From: Abditibacteriaceae bacterium
GTDB taxonomy: Bacteria; Armatimonadota; Abditibacteriia; Abditibacteriales; Abditibacteriaceae
Reading direction: 5' to 3'
Assembly (NCBI GenBank): GCA_965277285.1
Contig: OZ255721.1
Span: forward strand, 3,424,001-3,488,000
Length of the DNA: 64,000 bases
Below the pieces are notes generated by a model. That model was not told the origin of the DNA, did no database searches, and worked only from the letters and a program-made list of their open reading frames with translations. The position numbers were made by a program, and so were the translations under genes. Of this stretch, positions 1 through 10,900 are shown piece by piece; position 1 is the stretch's first letter; every line of letters starts with the position of its first letter.

Positions 1-1379
1 GCGTTGTTCGACTTTCGAGTACTCGAAGCGGCGCCGTCCTTGTGGCGCGTGAACAAAATGCGGTCAACCGGCAAAGCGAGCGTCAATTGGTCGGCGTGCA
101 AATCATCGGCGCCAGTGGAAAAGGTGAGGAGTGTGAAGGCTCCGCCGAGTGGTGAACGAACGCTCCAGCTTTTGATGAAATCGACGACGGAAATCGCTTG
201 CACGCGCGCGCCCGACTGCAAAAACACGACATTCGCGTTGGAATCGTAGCCCGCCACAAACTGCCATTGTCCCGTATAAACCAACGACAAATGCGCCGTA
301 TCGATTTCGTTTTGCAGGTTGCGCCGCGCCGTGTCTTTGTCGCCGCCATCAGAAACGCTGTATGTCATACCCGTTGCGGCAACGGCGTTTTCAAAAGCGT
401 TCAATTGTGGCGCCGCGACAAGCGCCGGATTTTGCGCATCGAAAGCGCCCACGAACGGCTGCTGGCTCAATCCGTTTAAGGTCGCGGCGTCTAAATTGAG
501 GCCGCGCGCGGCGAGGACGACTTGCAGAGCGTTCAGCAACGAATCGCTCGAATCCTGCGCGCCGCCATCGAAGATGCCGCTGGTTTTGATGAGGACGCGG
601 CGCGCGTTCGGCACCATGTCGCCGTAAATGAGAAGTCCCAGATTGGTGCGCGCGCGTCCGGCCCAAACTGTGTTCGGATATTTTTGCACGGTCGCGTCAT
701 ACGCATTGCGCGCCCAGTCTTTTTTGCGCCACAAGGTTTCATACGTTTCGCCCAGATGAAACTGCGCTTCGGCGCAACGGTCGGGCTGATCGGGGAAAGT
801 CAACAGCACTTTTTGAAACCAGCTTTGCGCGGTTTTGCCATCGCGCGCGGCCTGCGCCACGCGTCCCAGAGCGTTCATCGCCTGCGCGACAAGAGGTCGT
901 TTGCCGGGATAATCGGTCATCAAACGCGTGTAAGTGGCGCGCGCCAGAGGCAGGTTTTTCAAGTCGTCCAGTTGAATGGTGCCGATGGACAGCATCGCAT
1001 CCGCCGCGATTTCGGTTTGCGGATAATCGCGCACCAATCGTGCGTAAACATCGAGCGCGTCCGCGTAACGCGTTGTATCGCCCGCTATCGCAAGGTCGGT
1101 CAAAATGTCGCCTTCGCGCTGCAAGGCTTTGAGCGCATACGGCGAACTGGGATACGTGTTGGCCAGCAAATCGTATTGCCGCAGCGCCGGACGAATCAGG
1201 TTCGCCGCTTCCAAACGCTGTGCGCGCGCCCAGATAAGCCGTCCGTCTGGGTCGGGTTGCACCAGAACGCGCAGCAAAAACAAAAACGCCAGCAACAATA
1301 AAATGCTCCAGCCAATCGTCGCAATGCGAGCACGGTTCAACGGTTGCGAAACGGGACGAACAGGAAAGTTTTCGGTCAT
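1..1379 (-). CDS. Membrane-anchored TPR protein with an uncharacterised C-terminal domain (3'-partial, runs off the window start)
   Basis: Absent from the ORF track because it is open-ended. Manual translation from ATG 1379 gives MTENFPVRP..IGWSILLLLAFLFLLRVL (TM), then TPR-like helices (LVRDYPQTEIAADAMLSIG, AEAQFHLGETYE, QKYPNTVWAGRA). No stop before position 1. Confidence 0.75.
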   Translation of the reverse strand, partial: MTENFPVRPVSQPLNRARIATIGWSILLLLAFLFLLRVLVQPDPDGRLIWARAQRLEAANLIRPALRQYDLLANTYPSSPYALKALQREGDILTDLAIAGDTTRYADALDVYARLVRDYPQTEIAADAMLSIGTIQLDDLKNLPLARATYTRLMTDYPGKRPLVAQAMNALGRVAQAARDGKTAQSWFQKVLLTFPDQPDRCAEAQFHLGETYETLWRKKDWARNAYDATVQKYPNTVWAGRARTNLGLLIYGDMVPNARRVLIKTSGIFDGGAQDSSDSLLNALQVVLAARGLNLDAATLNGLSQQPFVGAFDAQNPALVAAPQLNAFENAVAATGMTYSVSDGGDKDTARRNLQNEIDTAHLSLVYTGQWQFVAGYDSNANVVFLQSGARVQAISVVDFIKSWSVRSPLGGAFTLLTFSTGADDLHADQLTLALPVDRILFTRHKDGAASSTRKSNN

Positions 1380-1422
1380 AACATATCGGGAAATACGGAC
1401 TTCGAGTACTCGATTATGGATT

Positions 1423-1512
1423 TAACGAACTCGGAACGTAAGTGACGGGTGAAAAGTGACACTCACATTGAGCTATTACTTTTCACCCGTCACTTACGCT
1501 TCGAGTTCGTTA
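1423..1512. repeat. REP-like inverted repeat, family A (AACCCGAAGCGTAAGCG type)
   Basis: taacgaactcggaacgtaagtgacgggtgaaaagt ... acttttcacccgtcacttacgcttcgagttcgtta; overlaps the dnaG stop codon. Confidence 0.85.
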
Positions 1513-3498
1513 TGTTTTCGGCGCTGGTGGAACTTTGCGTTTAGTGGCGATCAGCGCGTTGTTGTAGTTTTCGCGCTCGGTTTCGGAAATCGGTTCCTGA
1601 CGTTCGAGTTTCAGTTTCACCATTTCGAGGATTTCTGTTTCGGCCTGGCGCGCGTGATGACCTTCGATGCGCGCAATTAAATCATCAATAATGATGTCGG
1701 TGGCGGGCGTTTGCGATTCGTCGCTTAGCATCAATTCGGCGACCATGTCACCGGCGTCTTTATCCAGAGTGTCGATTAAAACGCCGGGTTCGACGGGTTC
1801 ATTCCAATCCATCTGGCGCAAGGCTTCGGCGATTTCGCAGTGCGCCGCTTGCGTCCAGCTTGTCGCGGGAAGTTTGCTTAAAATGCGCGAACGCCAACTC
1901 GGGTTTCCCAACAATGACGCCAGTAACATTCGCTCGGCTTTGACGACGCCCGAAGGTTGCGAAAGCGAGGCATCGTTTTCTTCGGCGCGCGCTTGATGCG
2001 GAACGTTCGGCGCACTTGTCGCGATTCGAGTACTCGATTCCGTGTTCGGATTGTTGTGCGCGGCGTTTGGAGCACCGTTTGAACTAACGCTTGAAGCGAC
2101 GTGGGAAACGAGGTTCCTTTTGCGCTTGAGTGCGGCGCCGACTTCGCGCCGCACCGCCGCCGCGATCATTTGTTGTCGCGCTGGAGCCGTCACGCCTTCG
2201 GCTTGCGCCCATTGATCGGCCAGCCACGAAACCAGCGCGTCTTTTTCGATGTCGTTCTGGACTTCGACGATCACATCGGACGCGGCGGCGATGGCTTCCA
2301 TGCGTTGCGCGACTTGCCCCAGATCGAAGTCGGCAATCGCCATTTCGACGCGATAGCGCGCCAGCATTTTGGCGTTGCGCAGAGCGCTATTGAAACCGAT
2401 TTCGCCGTGTTTGCGCAAAAACGTATCGGGATCGTCGCCGTCCGGCAAAACCACGACGCGCACGTTCAAATTGTGCGTCGCAAACAACGGCGCCGAACGC
2501 ACCGCGGCGCGAATTCCCGCGCTGTCGCCGTCGTAACACAGATAAACCGTTTTAGGTGAAAGGCGCGCCAGGTTGGTGACGTGCTGAATTGTCAGCGCGG
2601 TGCCTAACGTCGCCACTGTATTGGAAAATCCGGCTTCGTGCAGTGCAATCGCGTCCATGTAGCCTTCGCAAACGATGATGCTTTCGCGCTTTCCGGCTTC
2701 CTGCCGCGCCAGATGCCACGCGTAAAGTACGCGACTTTTGTTGAACAGCAAGCCTTCGGGCGAGTTGATGTATTTGGCGTCGGCGTTGCCAGTTTCGCCG
2801 CCAGGCAAAGCGCGTCCGCCAAAGGCGATAACGCGACCTTGCGCGTCCCAGATCGGAAACATCAGGCGATGGCGATAGCGGTCGTAGTAGCGATTGAAAG
2901 TTTCGCCGGTGCGTTCGTTGACACTTTCGCGCTCGATGAGAACTCCGGCGCGCGCGGCGTCTTCGGGCTTGAAACCGTGCTTGTTGACCAGTTCGTGGTA
3001 CAACGAATCCCACGCGTCGGGCGCGTAGCCGATGCCAAAACGGTCAAGCGTGCCAAAAGAAAGTCCGCGACCGCGCGCGTAATCGCGTCCGGCCAAACCT
3101 TTGTTGCCATTCAGTTGAGCGCGAAAAAAAGCGGCGGATGCAGCGGTAATGTGTTGCAATCGTTCGCGTTCATCGGCGGCGGCGCGTTGTTCGGGCGATA
3201 ACTCTTTACCGAATTTCGGCAGTTCGACGCCGTAGCGTTCGGCCAGTTGGCGCTTGGCTTCGGGAAACGGAATGTTCTCGATTTCCTGCAAAAACTTGAA
3301 AATGTCGCCCGAAACGTGACAGCCGAAACAATGGTAGTAGCCGCGTTCGCGCGAGACATGAAAGCTGGGCGTATTCTCGTCGTGAAACGGGCAGCACGCT
3401 TTATAGCGGCCATTGCCAGCCGGACGCAGCGCCACATATTGCGAAACGATGTCCACAATATCGGCGCGGCGGCGAATTTCTTCAGTCGTATCGTCCAT
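1510..3498 (-). CDS. dnaG: DNA primase
   Basis: CHC2 zinc finger (CPFH..TPSF..YHCFGC), KYINSPE, TOPRIM motifs EGYMD and CYDGDSAG, and DPD. Confidence 0.97.
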   Translation of the reverse strand: MDDTTEEIRRRADIVDIVSQYVALRPAGNGRYKACCPFHDENTPSFHVSRERGYYHCFGCHVSGDIFKFLQEIENIPFPEAKRQLAERYGVELPKFGKELSPEQRAAADERERLQHITAASAAFFRAQLNGNKGLAGRDYARGRGLSFGTLDRFGIGYAPDAWDSLYHELVNKHGFKPEDAARAGVLIERESVNERTGETFNRYYDRYRHRLMFPIWDAQGRVIAFGGRALPGGETGNADAKYINSPEGLLFNKSRVLYAWHLARQEAGKRESIIVCEGYMDAIALHEAGFSNTVATLGTALTIQHVTNLARLSPKTVYLCYDGDSAGIRAAVRSAPLFATHNLNVRVVVLPDGDDPDTFLRKHGEIGFNSALRNAKMLARYRVEMAIADFDLGQVAQRMEAIAAASDVIVEVQNDIEKDALVSWLADQWAQAEGVTAPARQQMIAAAVRREVGAALKRKRNLVSHVASSVSSNGAPNAAHNNPNTESSTRIATSAPNVPHQARAEENDASLSQPSGVVKAERMLLASLLGNPSWRSRILSKLPATSWTQAAHCEIAEALRQMDWNEPVEPGVLIDTLDKDAGDMVAELMLSDESQTPATDIIIDDLIARIEGHHARQAETEILEMVKLKLERQEPISETERENYNNALIATKRKVPPAPKT

Positions 3499-3603
3499 CA
3501 GAAAAAGCGTTCAAGAAAAAGCAATCGAGTACTCGATTCGCCAGTTTATCATTTGCCAATCGCGGCATAATAAATGAGGATTTGCGAAGAAGGTTGAATT
3601 CCC

Positions 3604-4299
3604 ATGTTGACGATTTTGGAATTGGAAGAAAAAGCGCAGGCGTCGCAAGAAGCCGGAGAAAGTGACGCTTTGGCCTTGTGCAAGAAATTGTTGAAACGCG
3701 ACCCGAACAACCTGATCGCGCACTTTCATCTGGCGCTGATTTATCGCCACCAGAAGCGTCTTAAAAAGGCTTTGGCGCACGCGCAAGAAGTGCGAAAACT
3801 CAATCCGCACGAAGGCAACATCTACCTGAACTTGGGCGCGATTTATAGTGATATGGGCGAGATGAAAAAAGCGATTCGCTGTTACAAGCGCGAACTGCAA
3901 CAAGACCCGGAAAACGCGCAAACGCTTTGCAACTTGGGCAACCGATATTTTGAGCGTCGTCGCTGGAAAACAGCCGCCATGTATTACGCCAAATGTTTCG
4001 ACTTGAAGTTCGACATCGAAAACTACGCCGAATACGTCGTCGATTTGGTGGCGTGCTACCAAAAAACTGAGCGCTACCAGGAAGAGGTCGCGTTCTACAA
4101 ACGCTACTTGAAGTTTCATCCGAACAATGTTTGGGCGCTGCAAAACCTGGGCGGCGCGCTCATTGACGTTGGCGAATACGACAAATCGCTTCGTTACTCG
4201 CGCCAGGCGCAAAAGGTTCTGCCAGACGATGCGATGATCCAACGCAACATCAAGCTGGCGAAGAAACTAAAGGCGAAAAAGCGCGGAAAAAAGAAGTGA
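3604..4299 (+). CDS. TPR protein
   Basis: Repeated TPR motifs (AHFHLALIY, IYLNLGAIY, TLCNLGNRY, ALQNLGGAL); divergent from dnaG. Confidence 0.85.
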   Translation: MLTILELEEKAQASQEAGESDALALCKKLLKRDPNNLIAHFHLALIYRHQKRLKKALAHAQEVRKLNPHEGNIYLNLGAIYSDMGEMKKAIRCYKRELQQDPENAQTLCNLGNRYFERRRWKTAAMYYAKCFDLKFDIENYAEYVVDLVACYQKTERYQEEVAFYKRYLKFHPNNVWALQNLGGALIDVGEYDKSLRYSRQAQKVLPDDAMIQRNIKLAKKLKAKKRGKKK

Positions 4300-4474
4300 A
4301 GTCTTTGGCGCTACGGTCTCGAAGCGACATATCGAGTACTCGAACTGGTAGTTTTCAAGCGGCGACTGCTCGAAAACTGACTAAAAACTGTTTAGGAAAC
4401 GTGGTTTTTGGGTATATCAAAAAGAGAAGAACGTGTTTTCTTCAGCTTCTTTCAGCTTCTTGAGATCGATTTTT

Positions 4475-5413
4475 ATGCGCCGTCCTTTATTCCTGCTTTT
4501 TGTCAATGCCGCGATTTGCCTCATCGTTTTAATGATGTTGGTGCAATCGGTTGCGGTGTTGCAACTGTTGGCGGTCGCGGATGTCTTGAACGGCACTGTC
4601 GAAGCGAGCAGCGGCGCGACCAATCCTTTTCATTTATTGCACCAAGGCGACGTAATTCGCACCGGCGACACGATTCGTTCCGGCGCTGATGGCACGGCGG
4701 AGTTTCGCTGGATTGATGGGACGCGGCTGCGGTTGGAGCCGAACAGCGAAATCACGATCCGGCATTATAGTCTGAATTTGAAGCGTCACGCGCAAAACTC
4801 CGAATTTGCTTTGGCGCGCGGCAAAGTTTTCGTGCGCATTCCGCAAAAACTGAGCGAAAATTCGCGCTTCGCCATTGTCACGCCAGGTGCAACGACGAAT
4901 GTGCGCGGCACCATTTTCAGCGTGACGGCGAATGAAGGCGAAACCGAAGTCGCGGTTTGGAAGGGTTCGGTCGATGTCGCGGACGCGAAAAACGTTCAGC
5001 AGCAAGCCGTTCCCGCCGGAGAATTGCTCAGCGCGGGTGAAGGAACCTGGCATTTGTTCGATGCGCATTCGCGCTTGGCGCAAAACGCGACGCGCGATTT
5101 TCGACCTTTGACCAACATCGTCACGCCGTCGCTGGAGGCGCGTTTACTGCTCAGCGAAATGGTTCATCGCGCACCGAAAACAGCGCGTCAAAGCGGACTT
5201 TTGTTGGGACAGGCTGAAGCCGGAGATCGCGTTTTTGTGAACGGTCAGGAAATGACGGTGCGCGGCGACGGCGGCTTTTCGGCGCGCGTCACCTTGCAAA
5301 ACGGCGCCAATTTGTTCACGCTCACCGCCATTGATCGCCATCAGGCGACACGCACCGTACGCTTGAACGCCGAATTGCCGATGCCTGGTTCTTCTTTATC
5401 TTCTTCGAAATGA
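4475..5413 (+). CDS. FecR-domain exported protein with a C-terminal Ig-like domain
   Basis: N-terminal hydrophobic segment; GDTIRSGADGTAEFRWIDGTRLRLEPNSEI and TPGATTNVRGTIFSV match FecR-type motifs; VFVNG..DGGFS..LQNGANLFTLTAID is Ig-like. Start chosen at ATG 4475. Confidence 0.8.
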   Translation: MRRPLFLLFVNAAICLIVLMMLVQSVAVLQLLAVADVLNGTVEASSGATNPFHLLHQGDVIRTGDTIRSGADGTAEFRWIDGTRLRLEPNSEITIRHYSLNLKRHAQNSEFALARGKVFVRIPQKLSENSRFAIVTPGATTNVRGTIFSVTANEGETEVAVWKGSVDVADAKNVQQQAVPAGELLSAGEGTWHLFDAHSRLAQNATRDFRPLTNIVTPSLEARLLLSEMVHRAPKTARQSGLLLGQAEAGDRVFVNGQEMTVRGDGGFSARVTLQNGANLFTLTAIDRHQATRTVRLNAELPMPGSSLSSSK

Positions 5414-5661
5414 CCCAAAACCAAACACTGGCTTCACTCCGCTTCTTGCATCTCCTTTCGCTTGCGATTTAATTGCGTCTTCGCGCTTCGCCAAATCGTT
5501 GCATCCATTGTTGAAAACTCCAATCTATTTTGTTTCACGGCTTTGTTCCTCGTTTTGGTCACGCTCGGTTGCGCGTTGTGGTAAAACGTGAAATAACACT
5601 TTGTGGCTCATCGAGTACTCGATTTGTTTCAACGCTTAACATTCCTTTGAGAATCATCTTA

Positions 5662-5779
5662 AAGAATGGAACACGGAGGCTACGCCTACACGGATCAGAC
5701 GGATGAACACGGATTTTATTAGACCTGTGTTTATCCGTGCCCGAAGGCTGTGTAGGCGCAGCCTCCGTGTCCCGTTCTT
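5662..5779. repeat. Intergenic inverted repeat, family C (ACACGG/ACGGAT type)
   Basis: aagaatggaacacggaggctacgcctacac pairs with gtgtaggcgcagcctccgtgtcccgttctt; related to the outer arms at 37400-37718. Confidence 0.75.
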
Positions 5780-5805
5780 AGATCGATTTCTTAAGCGCAT
5801 CTTTC

Positions 5806-7776
5806 ATGTCCGATTCTTCAACTTCAACCGAACCTGCCAGCGCAACGCCGAACAGTGCGCCAAATGCGACATCGTTTCGTTTCCGCTGGAGCGAATGGGG
5901 CGAATCGTCGCTGGCGGGCGCGAACGCGGTTGTCAGCCGCGAATTGCGCGTCGCTTTGCGCAACGAACGCGCCTTTGCGACCCTTGCGATTTATGTGGCG
6001 ATTTTGGGCGCTGTTGTCGCCTCGCAATTTCCCGCCGATGTCGCGGTCGGGCTGACGACTTCGCGCGATACGGGTGCGGCGGCGCTGGGAACCGCTTTGT
6101 TTCAATGGTTCGGCTGGTCGCAGGCATTGCTCATCATTTTGTTGATTCCCGCGTTAGCGACGGGCGCTTTGGCGCAGGAACGCGAAAGCCGCACGCTCGA
6201 ATCGCTTTTGATGACGCCGCTGACGCCTCTGCAAATCGTGTGGGGCAAAGGCGCCGGAGTTCTGGCGTTCGCCGCGCTGTTGTTGCTTTCGACGGTGCCA
6301 TTGACTTCGCTCTGTTTTTTGCTGGGCGGCGTTTCGCCAGGCGATGTGATCGGCGTTTATTCGTGCTTGCTGGGGTTGGCGGCGTGCGTGACGGCGCTGG
6401 GGTTGGGTTGCGCCGCGAAATGGGAAAACACCACGCAAGCGACGCTGATGTGCTACTTGCTGGTGCCTTTGGTGATGGCGGTTTTGCTGATTTGTTCGGC
6501 GCCTGGCATCGGCGCGGCGGGATTAAATCTACTGTGGCGCGGCTTTCGTGGAATCGTTTCGTGGTGGCCCAAACCGCATCGTCTGGTTGCTCATCGTTTC
6601 GTCGGGTTGTGGAAAATGCTGATGTTCGTGGCGATTCCGGTTTTGTGCATCGCGGGCCTGTGGGTTTTGGCTAACGGCTGGGATTGGGGCATTTTCTGGA
6701 TTGTTTTCGTGTTGCCTTATGGCTTGATGGTGGCGCAATTGATGATGAAATGGGCGGCGGATGAAGTGGCGCGCCGTCCCGATCCGCGCTCGCCCAAGCG
6801 CGAACGTTTGGCCGATTTGAAAGCCGAATGGAACCAGGCCGTGGCGCCGCCTCCCGTGGTTTATTTGCCATCGAGTACTGGAAAGTACACTTACACTCCG
6901 CAAAACGTGGCGCCGCCCACGCGTCAGGCGTCCGCGACGTATGGCGTGAAAGCGTTTTTGCCGGACAATCGCAACCCGATTTTTATGCGCGATATGCGCA
7001 GCGGACTTCTGGGCAAATGGTCGTATCTTTTTCGCTATTCCTACATCGTGGTGATTGCGAGCGAAGTTTTGCTTTTGCTGTGGATGTTGTCGCCGTCAGT
7101 TGTGCTGGCGCGCGACTGGAGCGACGGGTTCGCTTCGTTCGCCGGTTTCCATTTGCTGTTATTGATGGCGGCGGGCGCGGTTTTCGGAGCGCGTTCGCTG
7201 GCGCCCGAGCGCGAACAGCAAACCTTGCCGCAATTGCTGACGACGCCGTTGTTGCCGCGCGAAATCATTGGCGGCAAAATGATGACGGTCGCCGTGTGGA
7301 CGTTTTACATCTGGGTTTTGGCGGTTCCCATCGCGCTGCTGCTGGCGATGTTGCAATTATTGCCGCTTCTCAGCGTCGCGTTGTTCTTGGGCTTGGAACT
7401 AATTTTTGGCGCGTTTGCCCTTTCGTGGGGTTTGTTTTGTTCGATGCGCGCAGTCACGGTGCGACGCGCTTTGGGCTGGGCGCTGGGCGGCATCGGCGCT
7501 TTGATGCTGACTGATTCAGTGGCGCGCACTTTCGGCATCGGGCTGCAATCGAGCAGCGCTTTTCCGATTCCCAACGGGCCGCTGGTAATGCTGTTGCCGA
7601 TGACGACGATAACGAACGCGATTCGCGCCTGGTCGCCCGAAGTCGCGCCTTCGTTGATGAAGGCGTCTTCCACGCTGCTGTGGACGGGCGGCGCGGCGTT
7701 GTTTTTCGCGGTTGCCACTTTGTTTTTGCTGGTGAAAACGGCGCATGATTTCCAACGCTATTTGCAGGAAATTTGA
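5806..7776 (+). CDS. ABC-2 type permease with two permease modules
   Basis: Two copies of the ERE.RTL..LL.TPL...I..GK motif and many TM helices. Confidence 0.85.
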   Translation: MSDSSTSTEPASATPNSAPNATSFRFRWSEWGESSLAGANAVVSRELRVALRNERAFATLAIYVAILGAVVASQFPADVAVGLTTSRDTGAAALGTALFQWFGWSQALLIILLIPALATGALAQERESRTLESLLMTPLTPLQIVWGKGAGVLAFAALLLLSTVPLTSLCFLLGGVSPGDVIGVYSCLLGLAACVTALGLGCAAKWENTTQATLMCYLLVPLVMAVLLICSAPGIGAAGLNLLWRGFRGIVSWWPKPHRLVAHRFVGLWKMLMFVAIPVLCIAGLWVLANGWDWGIFWIVFVLPYGLMVAQLMMKWAADEVARRPDPRSPKRERLADLKAEWNQAVAPPPVVYLPSSTGKYTYTPQNVAPPTRQASATYGVKAFLPDNRNPIFMRDMRSGLLGKWSYLFRYSYIVVIASEVLLLLWMLSPSVVLARDWSDGFASFAGFHLLLLMAAGAVFGARSLAPEREQQTLPQLLTTPLLPREIIGGKMMTVAVWTFYIWVLAVPIALLLAMLQLLPLLSVALFLGLELIFGAFALSWGLFCSMRAVTVRRALGWALGGIGALMLTDSVARTFGIGLQSSSAFPIPNGPLVMLLPMTTITNAIRAWSPEVAPSLMKASSTLLWTGGAALFFAVATLFLLVKTAHDFQRYLQEI

Positions 7777-7996
7777 CGTTCCAACGGGACTCGAGTACTC
7801 GATTGCAGGTTTTAAGAGAAAGTCGAGAAAGTCGTTAAAAGGTGCAGAGAATGCGCAAAATTGTCGCTTTCAGGGCATTTCGCGGACTTTGCAAAATGAT
7901 TTTTAGAATGACAAAGTTTTACTTCTCAACCTTGTTGTCTACTTTGAAATAGGTTTTGAGAATGGGAACTTTGAGCGTTAAGGTTTTAGCGATCTT

Positions 7997-10900
7997 ATGA
8001 AAGGATTGAGGTGGTTGCTCGGTTCTCTGGTGCTGCGGATAGGGGCGCGCGGCGAGCGGCGTTCGCGTGCCAGTCGCGGCATGGCGCAAGGATTGGTTGT
8101 CGCGCTGATCACCTTATGTTTCCTGAGCGGAACCGGCTTGGTGCGTGGCTGGGGCAATCACACGCTGGACTTGTGGTTTTCGCTGCGTGACATGGTGCCG
8201 CACGATGAAGGCGTTTCGCCGCGCGTCGCTATCTTGGCCATTGATGCGCCGACGCGTCAGGCCTGGCATGGGCGCACTTTCGATGCACGCGATGTCGGGC
8301 GTGCTTTGTTGTTGTTGAAGCAGAATGGCGTTGTCGCGGTTGCGGTGGCTTTGCCCGATGCCGGACGCGACTTTCTTTCACCCGGCGACAAAGCCGTGTG
8401 GCGGCACGATGTTGCGGCCAGCGGCATTGCCCATCTGCCCTCGCAAAGCGAATCAATGCAGAATTCGGCGAGCGATAGCGTGGCTAATACCAGCAACGAG
8501 AGCAGCCAAAGCCAATGGTATCGCGACGCGGCGTGGCGCGGTCACACGGCGTTTCTGACTGATAGCGATGCGCACGTTCGTCGCGTGCCATTGATGCTGG
8601 AAAGCGGTTCTGTGCTCAATCCAGCGCTGGCTCTTTCGACGGCGTTGCAGGGTTTGCAAATGCAGCCCGAGCAAATCGTCTTGCAAAATGAAAGGGGTCA
8701 GGTGGTGCCATGGAATCGGGCGCGCCGCATGGTGCTTGGTGATCGCTCCATCGCGCTGGAGCCGGGCGGCGCCATGCTGCTCAATTTTTGGGCGTCTGAC
8801 GATGCTTTTGGCGATACCACAGACACCGCCAATGGCGCGTCTTTTAATTCTGCTATCGTGAGTCCGACGCTGGATTCGCGCACCGGGAAGTTGCTCTTAA
8901 CGCCCCCGGCGCCGCAGGAAAATTTCGCGGTACCTGTTTCGAGTACTGAAACAGCGATGGCGCCTTCGTTTACCACGCTCAGCATGGTCAATGTGCTGCG
9001 CCGCCCATCGTTGCTGCGTTCCTGGAGAGGCCGCTGTGTTGTGATCGGCGTGACGGACGCGCAGGCTGCGCCGCAATGGACGCTGGCGGGTGGCGCGCGC
9101 GTCCCCGAAGCGGCGATTCATGCCATTGTGCTCGATAATTTGCTATCGGGCGGCGCGCTCGATAGCGTTTCCGTGATGCAATTGTGGTTGCTGACCGTGT
9201 TCTTGTGCATGACAGTCGGCGGCCTGGTTGCGGCGCGCCCGCCCTTATGGAGCGGATTGGTAACCAGCCTGGCCTTACTCGCGGTGGCGCTCTTGTCGTT
9301 AGGGCTTTTCATGCAAAGCGAGTGGCTCGATGTCTCGTTGCCTTGTCTGGCCGCGGCGCTGACTTTTTTGCAAGGTGTGGTGTCGCGCGCGCGTTTGCAG
9401 GAGCGCGAAACGACGCGCGTTTCTTCTACCGTGGAAGCGCTCGAACGTGCTGGAGAAATCATCGCGGCACGCGGGCAATCGCGGGAATTGTTGGAGCGCG
9501 TGCTGCAATGGACGCTCGCCGCGATGGGCGCCGAAGCCGCTTTAGCGCTAGTGATGGAAAACGATGTCAACCTTGAAAAAGAATTGTCGCAATTGCTGGG
9601 CGACGACGAAAACGAGGCGAGCGAACCGCGCTTTCGAGTACTCGCATCGGTGCAACGCAAGCCGCGTTCGCTGGATGTTTTGCCTTTGGTGGCGCGTGAT
9701 GAAATCGCCGCGCGCGTGACGCTGCAAGAACAACCGATGCTGATTCAAGACGCGCACCGCGATCCGCGTTTTCGCTATGGACGTTCGTATTACACGCATT
9801 TTCGCTCGCTGTCAGCGCCTGGCGCGCTCAATATTACATCCGTTATCGCGGCGCCGTTGCGCGAAGGCGACCCGACCGCCGATGATCCGCAAAGCGGCGT
9901 GCGCACGGTCGGCGCCATTCTGGTCGTCAATCGGCGCGATGGCACGCCTTTTCATGCGCGCGACCTGGAATTGTTGACCGCCGTGACCAATCAAGCTTCG
10001 GTCGCACTGGATAACGCGCGATTATATGAGATTCTCAATCAGCGCGTGGCGCGTTCGGAAAGCGATCTGGAGCGCACCAACCGACGCCTGGAAGCTGAAA
10101 AAAATACGCTGCAAACCGTTCTGGAAAGCATGACGGACGGTGTTGTCGTCACTAATAACGAAGGCTTGGTGCAAATTCTCAATCCTGCGGCGCGCCATCT
10201 TTTGCCCGAATTAGATGATAACGTTGTGGGGCAACCTCTCGCGCGCTGCCTGCCCGATGTCGCGCTCGCACTTGCCGCGCGCATGATGCGTCCCGATGTC
10301 GTTGCCCCCAACGTTTCTGCGCCCAACGTTTCTGCGCCCAACGTTTCTGCGCCCAACGTTTCTGCGCCCAACGTTTCTACCACTTCAAGCACAACCGAAG
10401 AAACCACAATTTCGCCAATCTCCGTCACGTCCAACGGAACACAACCAAACCAAACCAACGAGGACCATCAAGCGCTGAAAAATGCGGAAGCCACTTTCAT
10501 CGTTGAAATGGCGGAAACGGAAAGTAGCGACGCGACTTCATCAAAGGAAACTTTTGACGAAACCAATGCTTCCGACCATGCGGAGCCTTTAAAGCGGTTT
10601 TCGGAAGTGCCGCTGCTCGAATTACCATTATCGGACGCGCCATTGTTGTTGCCTTTGGTTTCGACGACGCAGTTGCAGCGCGGCGATGTGGATGCGCCGC
10701 GTATTATCGAGGTGCGTTCGGCGCCTTTGTTGAGCGCCGACAGCAAAGATTCCGGCATTGTGTGGGTATTTTCCGACGTGACGGAAGAAAAAAGCATCGA
10801 GCAGGCGAAAAGCGATTTCGTCTCGTTTGTAGCGCACGAAATGCGTTCGCCCTTGACTTCGATTTCCGGCTTTTCGCTGATGCTACAGCGCATGGAAAAG